Made by a program: the position numbers and the translations under genes. 64,000 bases of DNA from Chrysomallon squamiferum (Eukaryota > Animalia > Mollusca): NCBI GenBank assembly GCA_012295275.1, contig CM022670.1, positions 17,608,001-17,672,000 on the forward strand, given 5' to 3'. Positions within the stretch are counted from its first letter, which is position 1. Each line of letters opens with the position of its first letter. Shown in pieces: positions 1-12,995 of the stretch. Below the pieces are notes generated by a model. The model was given only the letters and a program-made list of their open reading frames with translations. It made no database searches and had not been told where the DNA came from.

Positions 1-181
1 ATATTTACATTTTAATACTCTGAAAATTACAATATAAAAAATTGGAAATATTTGCTAAACATACTCCATACTTTTTAATTTTTTTTTTTTTTCTTGGTAT
101 TTAAGAATAATCTGTAGTTTTCTTAAATTTTTATTACTTTTTGAAGTTTATATACTTCTTTTTTTTTATTGGTTATTGTAG

Positions 182-3100
182 CGATATACTGGATTTCCAA
201 ATGTTACATCTGCATCAACAAATTATGAAGACCATAAAAGGTATAATTTTTAAAATTTTAAAATTGATTACTGAAAATGTTAGTGCTCAGATTCAGAATT
301 AGAATATTTATTTAAAGTAATGATAATAATAAAGTAAAAATAAATATTGAATAGTTTAATACAATTCAAAGATTAATTATAATAGGTATGCTATTTTAAT
401 GAAAATAAACATAAAATAAATTTAAAAAAATAAAATAAAATAAAATTTAGTAACAATAAAATAAAAACAATAAATTAAAATACCACTGTATAAAAGCTTT
501 ATGGAAATGGGTAACATTTTATTATAATCTGACTTCATGACTTACCTATTTGTGTTAATTTTTTTTTAAATTCTAGCTTTGTGGCACCTGTACCTGAAAT
601 ATATACTCGGATGGATGCTCTCAGTGACTCTGTGACAAATCCCACCCCTCTTAATGAGTATCATGGTTCTGAATCAGGTAGGTCACGTCAAATATTTGTA
701 TCTTAATTTGATCAAATATATTATATAAGAAATTTTGTTTTTATGATATCAGTTTGTTTCATTGTTTTAACCATGAAACCTTTGTTTTTCTTTGTTAGTT
801 AAATCAACAGAAGAAAAACAAAGCATTCTTTGCAGTTGGTTAAATCACATAATCTGCAAATGTTTGCGGTGACTAACTGAAGCATAAAAATATTTTTATC
901 AAGAGATGTATCATAAATCATTGTGTTTAGCAGATGTCACTGAATATGAATTTCCAAAAACATATAATTAGTCTGATAACTCGCATAAATGAATTTTGTA
1001 GACAAATATTTTTCAAAGATGTATTTTCTTCCAGATGAAGACACTTCAGCTGTTGATCCTATTATCTTTGAACCAAAGATGAATCTGCAGAGATTTCAAC
1101 AATTTATAGAATCTGAAGAAGAGAAAAATCAGACATTGAGTTCAATCAGTGGACCAAATCAAGTCAGTCGCTGTGACATTGGTCCTGCTCAGAGTACACG
1201 TATACAGGACAGTCGCAGCATTCAAAATTCACAGGGTAAACAATTATTTAAAAAAAAAAGTAAATTGTGTGGGTATGTATGTATGTATGTATATGTTGTG
1301 TAGATAAGTGTGTGTATGCATGTCTTTGTACAGTGGACTCATCAAAAACCAGCCTTTGAAGGCTTAATAAACAATGATGCCATGCTTCTTGCATTTGCTA
1401 AATACAGCTAAATGAACAAGATTATTATTAGTCTTTATTGATATCTAGGTGAATTCACTCATTTAGTTTTGCACATTTTGCGTTCTTATATGGAATTTGT
1501 TGTAATGGTAGATCAATCTAAAAAACAGCATTATATCAAACTTTTAATGCACTCTAAAGAGACATTATTTGAATCAAATCCACTGTGTAAACAGAAAGAT
1601 TTAGCTATGCAGATTAAAACTTAGAACCATTACCAGCAATTGTATAAAAACAATATTTTGGCAGAGAGAAAACAAGTAACAACAGGCTTTCTTAAAATGA
1701 TTAAACAAATAAAACAATTTGCAGCTACTACTGAAAGCAGACTTGCACCCATTGTTAAACATGGAGGCCATGACGTATGAGAGAATTGTGCAGAAAGTGC
1801 AATCATCAGTGACAGACTATTTCTCTGCTGATGTTTAACTGTAACATTTGTACTTATTTTAATCTTTCTAAATGGGCATATCTTGTTTGTCCCAAGTGAA
1901 TCCTGTTTTGGCAGTCCACTATACATGTATATATGTACACAGTGGTCAGTGTATATATATATATGTATGTGTGTGTTTTCATATCTGCTGCAGTGGGAAC
2001 AGATAATCCTAAACAGATATTCTATTTTTCTCAGTGATTGATTTTTTTCTTACTCAAGGCCAGTCCTTTCTAACAGTAAAATATGATAATACAGCTTTAA
2101 AAATTAAATGTAATTATCCATGAAACAAAATTTATATTTAATTTAGATGGAAGTGGATTTGTAACTCCAAGGAAAGAACATAATGAATCAATAGAAATGT
2201 TAAGAACACCACAGTCAGCCATTAATGACACAAAAAGGGTGAAGAAAACAAAGAAAAGAACTTCACCTCAAAAGAACCCTTCCAGAGGAACTAACTCCAT
2301 GCAGTTTACAGATTTCAGGAAGGTAAAATAAATAAAAAGATTAATCTTATCTGAAAATAGAAACCAGTCATACTTACTTAGCATTTTCAAAGACATATTT
2401 CTAATATTTTCTAAAAATGAACATAATAATTTTAAATAATCTGAAAATGTTAAAATCTTTGCAACACATGAGCTGATTGAGATTCATTTCCTGTTTCCAG
2501 GTTTTATTAAATCTGCAGGATGAGATCGCTGAATTTGAGAAACAGTCTGGGCGATGTCCCCCAGCTGAACAACAGAGATCAGACACTTTATCCGGTTACA
2601 CTGTCGCTCTTGTTGACGCTGTCACCAAACTAGCACGCTACCTCAGACAGGTAAACCTATAATTGTCCATTCTGTTCAAAACTGTTAATAAACTTTTATC
2701 CAACTCAATTACTGACATAGATTTTGTATACTTTGTATATAAGCATTTGGTTGAACAAGATTCTCTTTTTCTCAGAATTTTGAATGACTGATTTTTTATT
2801 TTTTGTTTTCCCTCCTGTTGTAAACTTTTGACAAATTTCACTTAGAGTTCCTCATTAGAAATTACAAAACAAAATCTTTAAACTTGACATGCTAATAATG
2901 TCAGTTGACTTATTTCAAGTATATTACCAGTGGGGTAAAGAAAAAAAAGAGTAAAATAGAAGACAAAAAAACCCATTAAAATATACAGAATACTTTAATA
3001 TCAAGTGAGAAAGTCACCATTAAGACAGATCATATTATTCCATGTAGTGAATCATATAGCCAGACATCATATGTTTTGTAAGCTGTTCACATTTAAATTG

Positions 3101-6100
3101 TGTGTGTTGTTATTTAAGTAAAATGTTTATTTTCCAGACTGACCTGCAGCAACAGGGTGAGATGGCAGTCAGAGAAGTTCTGATACAGGACATGAATCAG
3201 TTCCGACACATTGTCGATTCACTGACTGCTGTAAGTTTCTCTTTTATATCAAACACAATCATTACAGGTATTACAATTTTTTCAATACACAGTTTTGAGT
3301 TAAAAACAACAAAAATAATAAGAAGAATAATTGAAAAATATATAATGAAAGGAAGATTTTGTAATTTTGTGTAATTTTCATTTTCATTTTATAAACTAAA
3401 TATATCACTTATGCTGAATAACTAATGTGCTTCCAGTGACAATTGTTTGAATTTCACATTAATACAACATTTACATTGTATGCCATGACAGATTTATGTT
3501 AGCATTCAGAGATTTTTCTGATTTTTACAAGAAACCGAATTCTGTTTCAGGATTTGATTTCAACTCAAGAACAACATGCTAAACTTGACAATGAATTCCA
3601 CAGATACCGCTTATCAACCACAAATGAAATAAATATTTTACGGGTAAATTTAAAAACATCTATTTAAGCTGCTAATCTAAACTTTTGATTTCATCATAAA
3701 TATTGTCTTGCACAGTTAGACGAACAAGTTTTTTAACACAATACAATTTGTAAATTACAAAAATGAGTCAGGTTTTTATTTCTTGGATGGGTTACATGAT
3801 CAGCAGTCCTAGTGATCTGTCAGAGCTGTTCCAAAGAAATAATATATTTTTTTTGTGGGTTTTTTCCTGACATATTGGATTGCAGGGTGGATTGTTTAGC
3901 TATTTTCAATCAGTTCTTTAAAACTCGTCTATCAGTGAACTTCGTCTGTTTGTATAATAGCCAAATGATCCTAGTATGCATTCAGGCAGAAAAACGTCCT
4001 TTGCTTATAATCAATAAAAACAATCTTTGAAATGTTAAGAGCATGTTTCATCTCTCCAATTTTTTCAGTTATTTTTAATATGTTGGCAGGGGTAGTTTGT
4101 AACAAACAGAAGACATGCACATTAACAGTGGTTTGAGATTTTGTAAGGACGTTTTATTTCCCAAATATTTAATTTTCTTTCTCCTTTTTTATTTTATTTT
4201 TCTATCTGCACATAACTATGTATCTTATATATTTGCATCTGATTGATTTTCATAAGTTAATTTTTGTTTTAATTATAAAAAAGAGGATTATGGGCGTTTA
4301 CTAACAATGCAGTGTTGTTTTGTGTTGCAGAAAGAATTACAAGAGTTGAAAATGGCAGGAAAACAAATTGTTCCAGGAAGACAGCAAACATCTACAGATG
4401 AGCAGAACACACAGCAAAGTATGTATTTGAACAAATCTTGGATCAACAGTGTTATTATTATGGATTTGTATCAATTTCACTGTTAATATTAGTTATAAAA
4501 TATACCCTTATATATATGTATGTTAAAAAGTAGACAAACACTGTTACACATAACAATACATACAGATTCAGATGTACTTTCCCATACAATTTCTAACGTG
4601 CATTGTCATAAATATAATATTTACTAGGTTCATTAGTCTCAGCCTCAGGAACTTATTTATAATTTTTTTTTTAAAGTTCAGTAAATCTGTTGACAAATGA
4701 TGATGTAATTGAATTGTTGTCTCCACAGGTCACTGTGGCTCAGGAGACTGGGTAAATCTAGATACAAGTATTCCTGGTGACAGTCTGAAAACATCTCAGA
4801 ATTCTGCAGTCATGCTATCTCCTGTTGTAAGAAAAACTAGAATCCCAGAAGCTGTTGAATCTGCAGGACAGAGTAAGTTGTTTATGAAATAAATTAACAG
4901 CATCATATTCAGATAATTTCGCTTTATATTTTTAAATCCTATGATATATTTCTTTATTATTTATGCCTGCAACTGTGTTTCAGCATTGTTTTGTTTGTAT
5001 CTCACATTTTAAATCTTTCTTTCTCTCTCTCTCACTTGCTGTCTTTCATTTACAAATATTTCACCCTCTGTCTCTCTTCTCCTTTTTATTAAACATTTAT
5101 GTAGTTTTCTTTTTAATGTTTTCTTTCTATAATAACTTCTTTTTTAACAAAAATATTTCAGTGTTCAAATAGATGAGATATGTAGATATTCTTTCAATTT
5201 TCTGTTTTGTTTTCAGCGAGGCAGGTATCACTGGTCGACTTACCCAGTCTTGCAGAATCCAATCCACATTCATCAGTCCCTAAATCACTTCAGTCACAAG
5301 CCCCACCCCCTGCTGCTGTAGTCACAGTACCTCGCCCAAAGTCTCTGGTGCAACGTAATGTTTGTGAAGCATGGCCTGAGACAAAACAAGAAAGAGGTCT
5401 CGCAAGAAATGAATCGATGCATTCAAGTGTCTCTTCCACATACCAGAGCTTGCCCGGAGCTGTCACTCACAGGAACATAGAGTCACAGATAGCTGACTTG
5501 AACAGACAACATGAAGAGGCTCAGAAAAGAACACGCCAGCTACTGCAGCAACAGAAAACACGTCATTTGCATATTCAGCAAGAACAAACTCCAGAGGATC
5601 AGCAACAGGCCCAGTCAGTACAACAGCAGCAACAGCAACAACAGCAACAAATTGAATCAGATCAGCAGCAGTTCCAGCAAAAGGCTCAGTCAGGATTCCA
5701 ACATCATCAGCAACAGCAACAACAAATGGAATCAGGATCAAAAAATCACCTCCAACTGCAGCAGGCTGGATTTCAACAACTGCAGCAGCAGCAGCAACAG
5801 CAGCAACATATGCACAAACAAATACAACATCAACATCAGCTGCATACACAGGAACAAAGAACAGCATCTGCTTACCTTCATCATCAGCAGCAACAACCTA
5901 TTATTGAAAGACATACTGTAGAACAACAACAACAGCAGCAGCAGCAACAGAGGACACAACAACATCGATATTACATTGAACAAAATAATCATGTAAGTTT
6001 CGTACAAATATATTCAAAGTTTTAAAGTTTGTCAGTGTTAGAAATTGTTTTATTTGATTTTATTAAATGATTTTGTATTTTTTTTTTTTTTTTAGATATT

Positions 6101-7954
6101 TCATGTTTATATTATTCATTAAAGAACACTGATTCATAACTGCACATGATGAGAAAATTTAAAAAATATATATGATTTTGACTTTTTTGAATTTTCTTTC
6201 TAATTGCTCAAGATGTGTGCTCTAACAATGAGAAGATATTTTATGTTTATATTATTCATTGAGGAACACAGACTTGTAACATTAAAATTAAAAAAATACA
6301 CTTGATTTTGAATGTTCAGAATGATGAGATGAGTTCCTAATTGAAAATATTAAGACAGTTATCAACTGATAAAAATATTTTATCTAAAGAGTTCAACTGC
6401 TTTCACACCAATTTAATTGTATATAGGTCATTCTTTCTTTTAGTATTTTGAAAAATTAGTTAATTTTCATGATCTGAACATTTGTTTTGGTCAAAACTTG
6501 GATGAAAAAAAAAAAAAAAAAATAATAATAATAATGTTCTTAGAATATTATTTTTCATGGAAAAGTTTATTCCAAAAAATTATAATATTTCATTACAGGA
6601 CTGTTTGGGAGGGAATGTATAGTTAGTTGTATGAGTGAGAATGTGGATGTATCTGATGTTGAAGTACTTATGGTTGAACTGTGTGGATGAATGGATGCTG
6701 TATGATATTGTGAAAATGTATGGCCGTGTATGTGTTACTGGGAGTATAGTGTATGCTGATGTTGTTTTGGAGGGGGTGTTTTTTGTGTGGAGGGGATCAG
6801 TCTACATGTAACTGATTTGGTGAAATGTAGATATTTATGTTAATAATGATGTTTCAGGTTTGTGAGAAAAAAACAGAAATTATAATGTTTTACCAATTCA
6901 TGTTTCAGACAAATCAAACTGAAATCAGTACTGAACTCTCTTCTGATCAGAGACAGGCTGGTTACTACAATAAGGTAATAACCATGTTTTTTTGCAAACA
7001 CTTTTTTATATTTCTCTCTATCCATGTCCTTTTTTAAACACTTTTGGCATTTCATCACAACCGCATTTTTAATAAAAAAAACATTTGTTTATGTTTTGGA
7101 CACCTATTTTTTTTAAACATTTTTATATTTGTCTGTACCCACATCTTTCTTAAACACTTTCCATTTCTAAAATATTTGCATTTTCCATGTCCATGTTATT
7201 CTTGCATAATGTATAGATCTTTTGTGTATATGAAGTCAGAATCTATTATTTTCACCTAGAATTCTTCAGAAGTTTTTCTATTTATTCAAACTGAAAAGAT
7301 TTGTTAAATTAAATTGAATTTTGAATATTTTTGAGTTTTGAAAGTTTGCTATTTTAGTTTTGTAATACCATTTCAACAACAGTCATTATTTAATTTAGAA
7401 AACTCTATTCTATAGATAGAATTTGGACTGTTTGTAACTGAACATATATTTGTATGATATTTTCTTTATTGTTACTTTATTTCTTTTTAAATGTAGAATT
7501 TGACAGGTGCCCAAAATGTTTCTCCACCAATCTCACCAATATCTCAAAGATCAGAAGGAATTTTTCAAATCCACAAAGTATGTACAGATTTGTATTATAT
7601 TAACTGTCATAAAATAGCGCTCTTTTTGTATATCTACATTATAAACAGATAATTATATTTATTACAGCCTTGACATTGTCTCATGAATGGTCCCCATTAT
7701 AACATTTTTAAAATTACATTTCTTATGACAAAATAAATGCAGTGTGGCAGCAGTGAGTAGTATTACAAAATGACCTGTCAGTCTTGTTGAAAAAAAAATG
7801 TATAGATGTCATTTAACAAAAATTCATTGATTTATTACATCAGTCATTTCTTTCTTTTCTTCCCCAGGAGACCAGTCGAGGTATAACAGTGTCGATTCCT
7901 ACAGCAGAACTAGATATGTCGGGTTCACCTTCTCCCAGAACTGTTCCATCTTAA
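182..7954 (+). CDS. SPICE1: Spindle and centriole-associated protein 1 (CCDC52) homolog, 5'-partial, 13 exons in window
   Basis: Phase-consistent GT-AG exons 182-240, 577-677, 1035-1235, 2147-2322, 2501-2650, 3138-3230, 3551-3643, 4331-4418, 4729-4872, 5217-5992, 6909-6974, 7497-7577, 7868-7954 (TAA). Motifs recognised from SPICE1: RYTGFPNVT, ALSDSV..P.PLNE, AINDTKRVKK, LQDEIAEFEKQSGR...LSGYTVALVDAVTKLARYLRQ, HIVDSLTA, AVMLSP, IESQIADLNRQHEEAQ..RQLLQQQK, VSPPISP, GITVSIP. Confidence 0.88.
1329..1922. mobile_element. Possible old Tc1/mariner-type MITE in a SPICE1 intron
   Basis: TACAGTGGACT at 1329 and AGTCCACTATA near 1913-1923 form an imperfect inverted repeat with flanking TA. The match is short. 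Confidence 0.3.
5540..5965 (+). repeat. Interrupted CAG/CAA polyglutamine-encoding tract within SPICE1 exon 5217-5992
   Basis: About 140 codons dominated by Q, with several runs of 6-10 Q. Confidence 0.9.
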
Positions 7955-9699
7955 AATGAACAATAAATGAATGAATATATTCACAGTATTGATACATCAG
8001 TTCAGAGGAGATATGAGAATACAAAACTTGTAACTGGTGACATGTAAAATCTATTAACTGGTCACTAATTATGTGTGTGTATGCTGGAGTGTTATTAATC
8101 TTTAATGTAACAACTGTGAAATCTCACAAGTTTTATTAGTGCTGCTTTCAAATTTCTAATTGTTCATTATTTATTACAGCATTTCCTTTGTCAGGTGTTT
8201 TTTTATTTTATTTTTTATTAGTATTATTGTTATGTTAATTTTCAGTTTTGATTTAGTAGATGTAGAATGCAAGGACCACCAAGAACCGTTCCCAACTGAA
8301 ATAATTTTAGTAGATAATCCATAACAAAATAGAGTAAATTGTACAGAAGACATTCTTACACAATATATTTATAATGTTAACTTTATTAAATTTGGTTTGA
8401 AGGAATTGTAAATATTATGTATGATTGAATGTGAATATATTTATCTACACTGAAGCCAAACATACTGGACAGTCAAACAGATTTTAGATCAGTGTGCTTT
8501 GAAATATGTCAAAGCAAATATTAAATGTTCTCTAACATTACAACTTAAAAATATACTTAAAATTATCTTACTATACTCTGCATTATTGTTGTTTGTGATT
8601 TTTAAGAAGTAATTAAATTGTTATCCTTGCTTTTAATTATAATTTGGCAAGCATTCTAATTGCTTTAATATTAATAATGTATTAACATTATTGCTGTGGA
8701 AATACATCACTTTTTTTTATAAAATTGTTAAGATAATAATATAATAAAAGTATTTTAAAAATTAGCAATATAATATAAAATAGTGATTTTTAATATAAAT
8801 AATTTGTATTCTGTTGTGAAATTGTGCATGTTGTACTAAATTTGATATTGAGTATTTCATTATCAATAGAAGTCATAACGGATCTGTTTCAAATTTTCCT
8901 GTAAAATATTGAGGAAAAGACTTTGTATATCAGTGATGAAACACTTTTCTGATAAATGACTTGTAAGATCAGTCCATGGTGTCCAATCAATAATTTCCTG
9001 TTCCAACCTGTACCTTATGACTGGTGTATCAAGGGTGTTATATATAAATATCTGCAACTTAGTACCATGAGAGCCATATTTTTATATATAAATCAGATTG
9101 ATAAATATAAAAATAATTTTAAATATAAATCATTTAAAAAATTAAGAAAAAAATTAACCTGAAATCGTATAAGCTTTATATTAAAAATTATGAACTGTCA
9201 CATTTAGACAAACTGGTATATTCTGTCCAGCCTTTTCCAAACATTTTCCTAAATGTTTTTCTAAGATATAGTCTGAACAGACTGAGAACTACCAGCTTCC
9301 ACCATTTTATCCATACTTCCTTCATCAGTAAAATTGTAAGGTTCATCAGTTTCTTGACACATTTAAACTAAAACAGTATTTGCGGTCAATATCTATGCCT
9401 CTTTTTGAGAATTAAATAGCTTTGTATTTTTCATGAACAATCATGAAATTAAGTTGAAGGCAAAAGACTCTTTAAAACTGAAACTAAATCAATCCAAAAT
9501 ACATAGCTGAAACACAGAAATGCTGTCCTCCGTGCCTTTTGGCAAGGAAACATGCAAAAAAGTTGAAATCAAATGCTCCACAAGCAGTTTCAACTGTACA
9601 TGCAGACAAAAAATCAGACTTCCATAGAATTTTTTTTTTTTAAAGTCGCCATAGGAATACCATGACTGACAAAAACTGGATGTGATGCATTTGGAAGCC

Positions 9700-10480
9700 T
9701 TATATGCCCACATAGCCATAATCTTTGTTCCCATGTTGCTATAATGAACTTAATGTAATATTACAGTCAGAGAGGCAGGCTCATGCAGACAAGAAAGAAC
9801 ACATTCCATTATAACCAGTACTTCTTGCCTTTCCTGAATCACTTCCTGACAGTGATATATAATCAGTGACAAGGTCACAGAGTTAGTTGTCAGTCACCAT
9901 GCAACTTGTGGAATAAGGGTTTACAAACCATGCTGATACTGACAGCACAACATTGTCTCTGGTGCTGACTGTATAATATTGGCACCAAGGACCAGCAGTA
10001 GCTCACCTTCACTGAACAAAGTGTGTTGTGTTTGTTCAGAGCTGCTGGAAGACTGCCCGTTTTTTGCTGATGTTGAGAATGAATGGTGACTTGTTGCTTT
10101 CCAAACACAACTGGAACAGTATTGTCTCGTGTTATGGGAAAGGATCTATGAATTGGAGAGGATGCTTCTGGTCATTGTTAAAATAAACACGACACCTCAT
10201 CATTACACTGTTATTTTTTTTTCCATCTGTCCTACCATTTCTTCTACAGAGTCACATGGTATAATAAATCACCATAACAGTACCATAAAGAATGTCCTTG
10301 GAGCCAACATCATCAACATATTGCATGGCCTGCATGCTCACTAGACTTGCCTTCATATATAACAAATCGATGGATATCTCTGGTACCACACAAGAACCGC
10401 ACATTTCCACTAACAAGAACTGATCCAGGCCCTCCAAAAAGAAGTACAAATTAAATCAAATCAAACAATGAAATGAATAA
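9700..10480 (+). mobile_element. Degenerate Tc1-like transposase relic (frameshifts and stops)
   Basis: Colinear decayed Tc1 motifs across frames: GHRVSCQS, ILTAQH, LTFTEQSVLCLFRAAGR (VLFSDESRF-like), VLWERI...LVIV (VMVWGGI-like), NIL.WPACSLDL (WPxxSPDL), QELIQALQKE. No TIRs identified. Confidence 0.75.
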
Positions 10481-12200
10481 TAATAATAAAAAGGACATTT
10501 TGTTAATTTAAATACTACAGTTTAGGTGTATTTGTTCTTGATTGAAATTATTTCCTTTCATGCAGTCAAGAACAAATATATTCATATTGACATATTTGAT
10601 AGTACAAATATATTTAAAAATAATAATAGTAAAAAAATAATTTAAAAAATAAAACAATAAATGTATCCCTGTTAATATATATCATCTGGGTTTTTTAACT
10701 GTCCCATGAAAAACTGGTTTCACTGGCAAAGTTTGCCTCTGGTGCCTTAAAAGGAATTTAAATTTTCTGGCAGTTCATCAAAAAATGGTTCATATTTAAT
10801 CTGCTAGTTTCAGTCTTTTTGATATATCTTTTATGTCTTTATATTTGAATGATATTTGTATGAAGAAGCAGAAGAAAATGCATAAGGAACACTTCATTAT
10901 GAATTTAAGTAGGAACATTAAAGACACAATTCATCAATACAAATGATTGTATTCATTCTTTTGAACATGTGAATGAAAATAACTCACTAATATTGATAGT
11001 AAAACAAATATTAAATTGATCTTAAGCACAGAGAGAGCAGTTTGAGTATACTCTGATGAACATTTGGATGGATTTTGCTGGTTTTCCACCAGAGGTAGGT
11101 ATAAAGTGAAAATGAATGATCTACAGGAATGTAAAGCCAAAATTATTGTTCAATAAATATAGTGAGTGGGATCTTGGTGGCAAAGATTAGCAGAAAAGCA
11201 GTATAGACCTATTTCTAGTGGAGAACCAGCGATTTCTTCAGAAAACAGTTCAGGTGTTCTCTGTCACTGGATTCTCAACTACTGTGAGCTAGCATTGCCC
11301 TCGAATTTATTTATTTATTTATTCACAGGTTATATTTTAATGGAAAGTATATAAACGTCAAACACATTTTCAAAGATAATCTGGTACAAGCTGATCTCGG
11401 TTAATCCACAACCACTGGTGCTTGATGAGTGCCAGATCACAGGACCAATTTTGAGTAACAACTAACCATCTCACCATACTTTAATATATTTACAGAAAGA
11501 TTAAGTGAAAAAGTAAAATTTAATGAAGTAATGTACTGGGATTTTTTAATTTATAACGTACTATGTTTTCACTTCACTTCACATTAATAAATGCAGGTAT
11601 TGCTTGAATGTGTTTACAAAAACATAAAAAATGTAGCGCAGTCAAAACAACATGCAGTACTTGATAGGGCTCAGCAATGCAGGATATTTTAAATCAGTGT
11701 TGAACAAGTGAAAGCAGTGGATTACAGGTGCACAGGCAGGTTAGGGAAGTCAACATGTTGTTTATATAATGCTATATTTGAAGTCTGGCTACCTCACTAG
11801 GTCATAAAATAAAATAATAATAATAATAATAATCATAAATATTAAAATAATAATAAGTATTAAAATAAGCATAGAATAAAATAAAATCATTTCATTGCAT
11901 TATTTTCTTTTCATTATTTAATTTATTATATTACCTTTATCAAATTATTATTTAATTAACTGTATTTTATAAAAAGTGGTATTTCTCAGTATTTTTATTC
12001 AAATTTTGTTTCTGGTGCAAGTTCAGCTATTAAAAAAAAATAAAAAAATAAAAAATAAAAATGAAAAAAATAAAAAACCGTGTAAACAAGTTTTATGTGA
12101 CCTGTTAAACAACCAACAATAAATAAATATCGAGTAAAACCTCTGCTAACAAGTGAGAGACGTCACACAAAGACTACCAAAATTTTATTTTTAAACTATT

Positions 12201-12251
<51 letters not shown>

Positions 12252-12559
12252 TAGTAAATATTAGTTCGAGGTTCTAAGCGGTTTCACTCGGTATTTCAAC
12301 GGGTCCCTATCTAGTATAACAAGAGTACTCTCCCATCGGTATTTTATAAAGGAATTCTTTTATTTTTTAAATGGGGTTAACTCTATAAGGTTTGCATTAT
12401 TATTTGTTTCTTTAGTGTACTGTGATAAAAAAGAAGATTGGATTACAAACTTAATGGATTGAAAACAGAGTAATGGATCATTTTAAGATTTTCAAAACAT
12501 AATACTATGTCTTTACAGATGCTATGATTCATTTGGGTCATCGTGAAAATGATAAGCAC

Positions 12560-12655
12560 TGTACGGTCTTACCATCATCTGAGTGACTTTCGGCGCGAAA
12601 ATCTTGTCACTACTAGCTACTTAATAAATTGAGCGGAGGCCGTACAAGTAATGGA
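12560..12655. promoter_or_regulatory. CpG-enriched putative (possibly bidirectional) promoter upstream of ZNF gene 1
   Basis: E2F-type site TTTCGGCGCGAAA at 12588-12600. Minus-strand donor ATG|GTAAGA at 12573/12572. Acceptor of the ZNF1 coding exon at 12983/12984. Confidence 0.45.
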
Positions 12656-12995
12656 TTAAAACTAGTGGAGACGAAAATATTTATAATTATTAATAAGATG
12701 TCATGTTATTACTGTTAGTACTAAAGTATAACATCACTCATCAGTATCCAGTCTGAGTATTACGAGCATAGAAGCCCAGATGATTCAAAATATTTATTAT
12801 TGTTGTTAAAGACTGATTCGGATTATAATATACTGAATTTTAAAAGAAGTGTTTACCATATTTGAAGGCCACAGTAGTAAACAATATTTGAATTTTGGAA
12901 CATTTTATCCAAATATATTGATCTCGGACTCTTAGAATACCTACTTGATATCTGTGACATATTAACATACTTTTGTTTCACAGTTTGGGGAAAAC

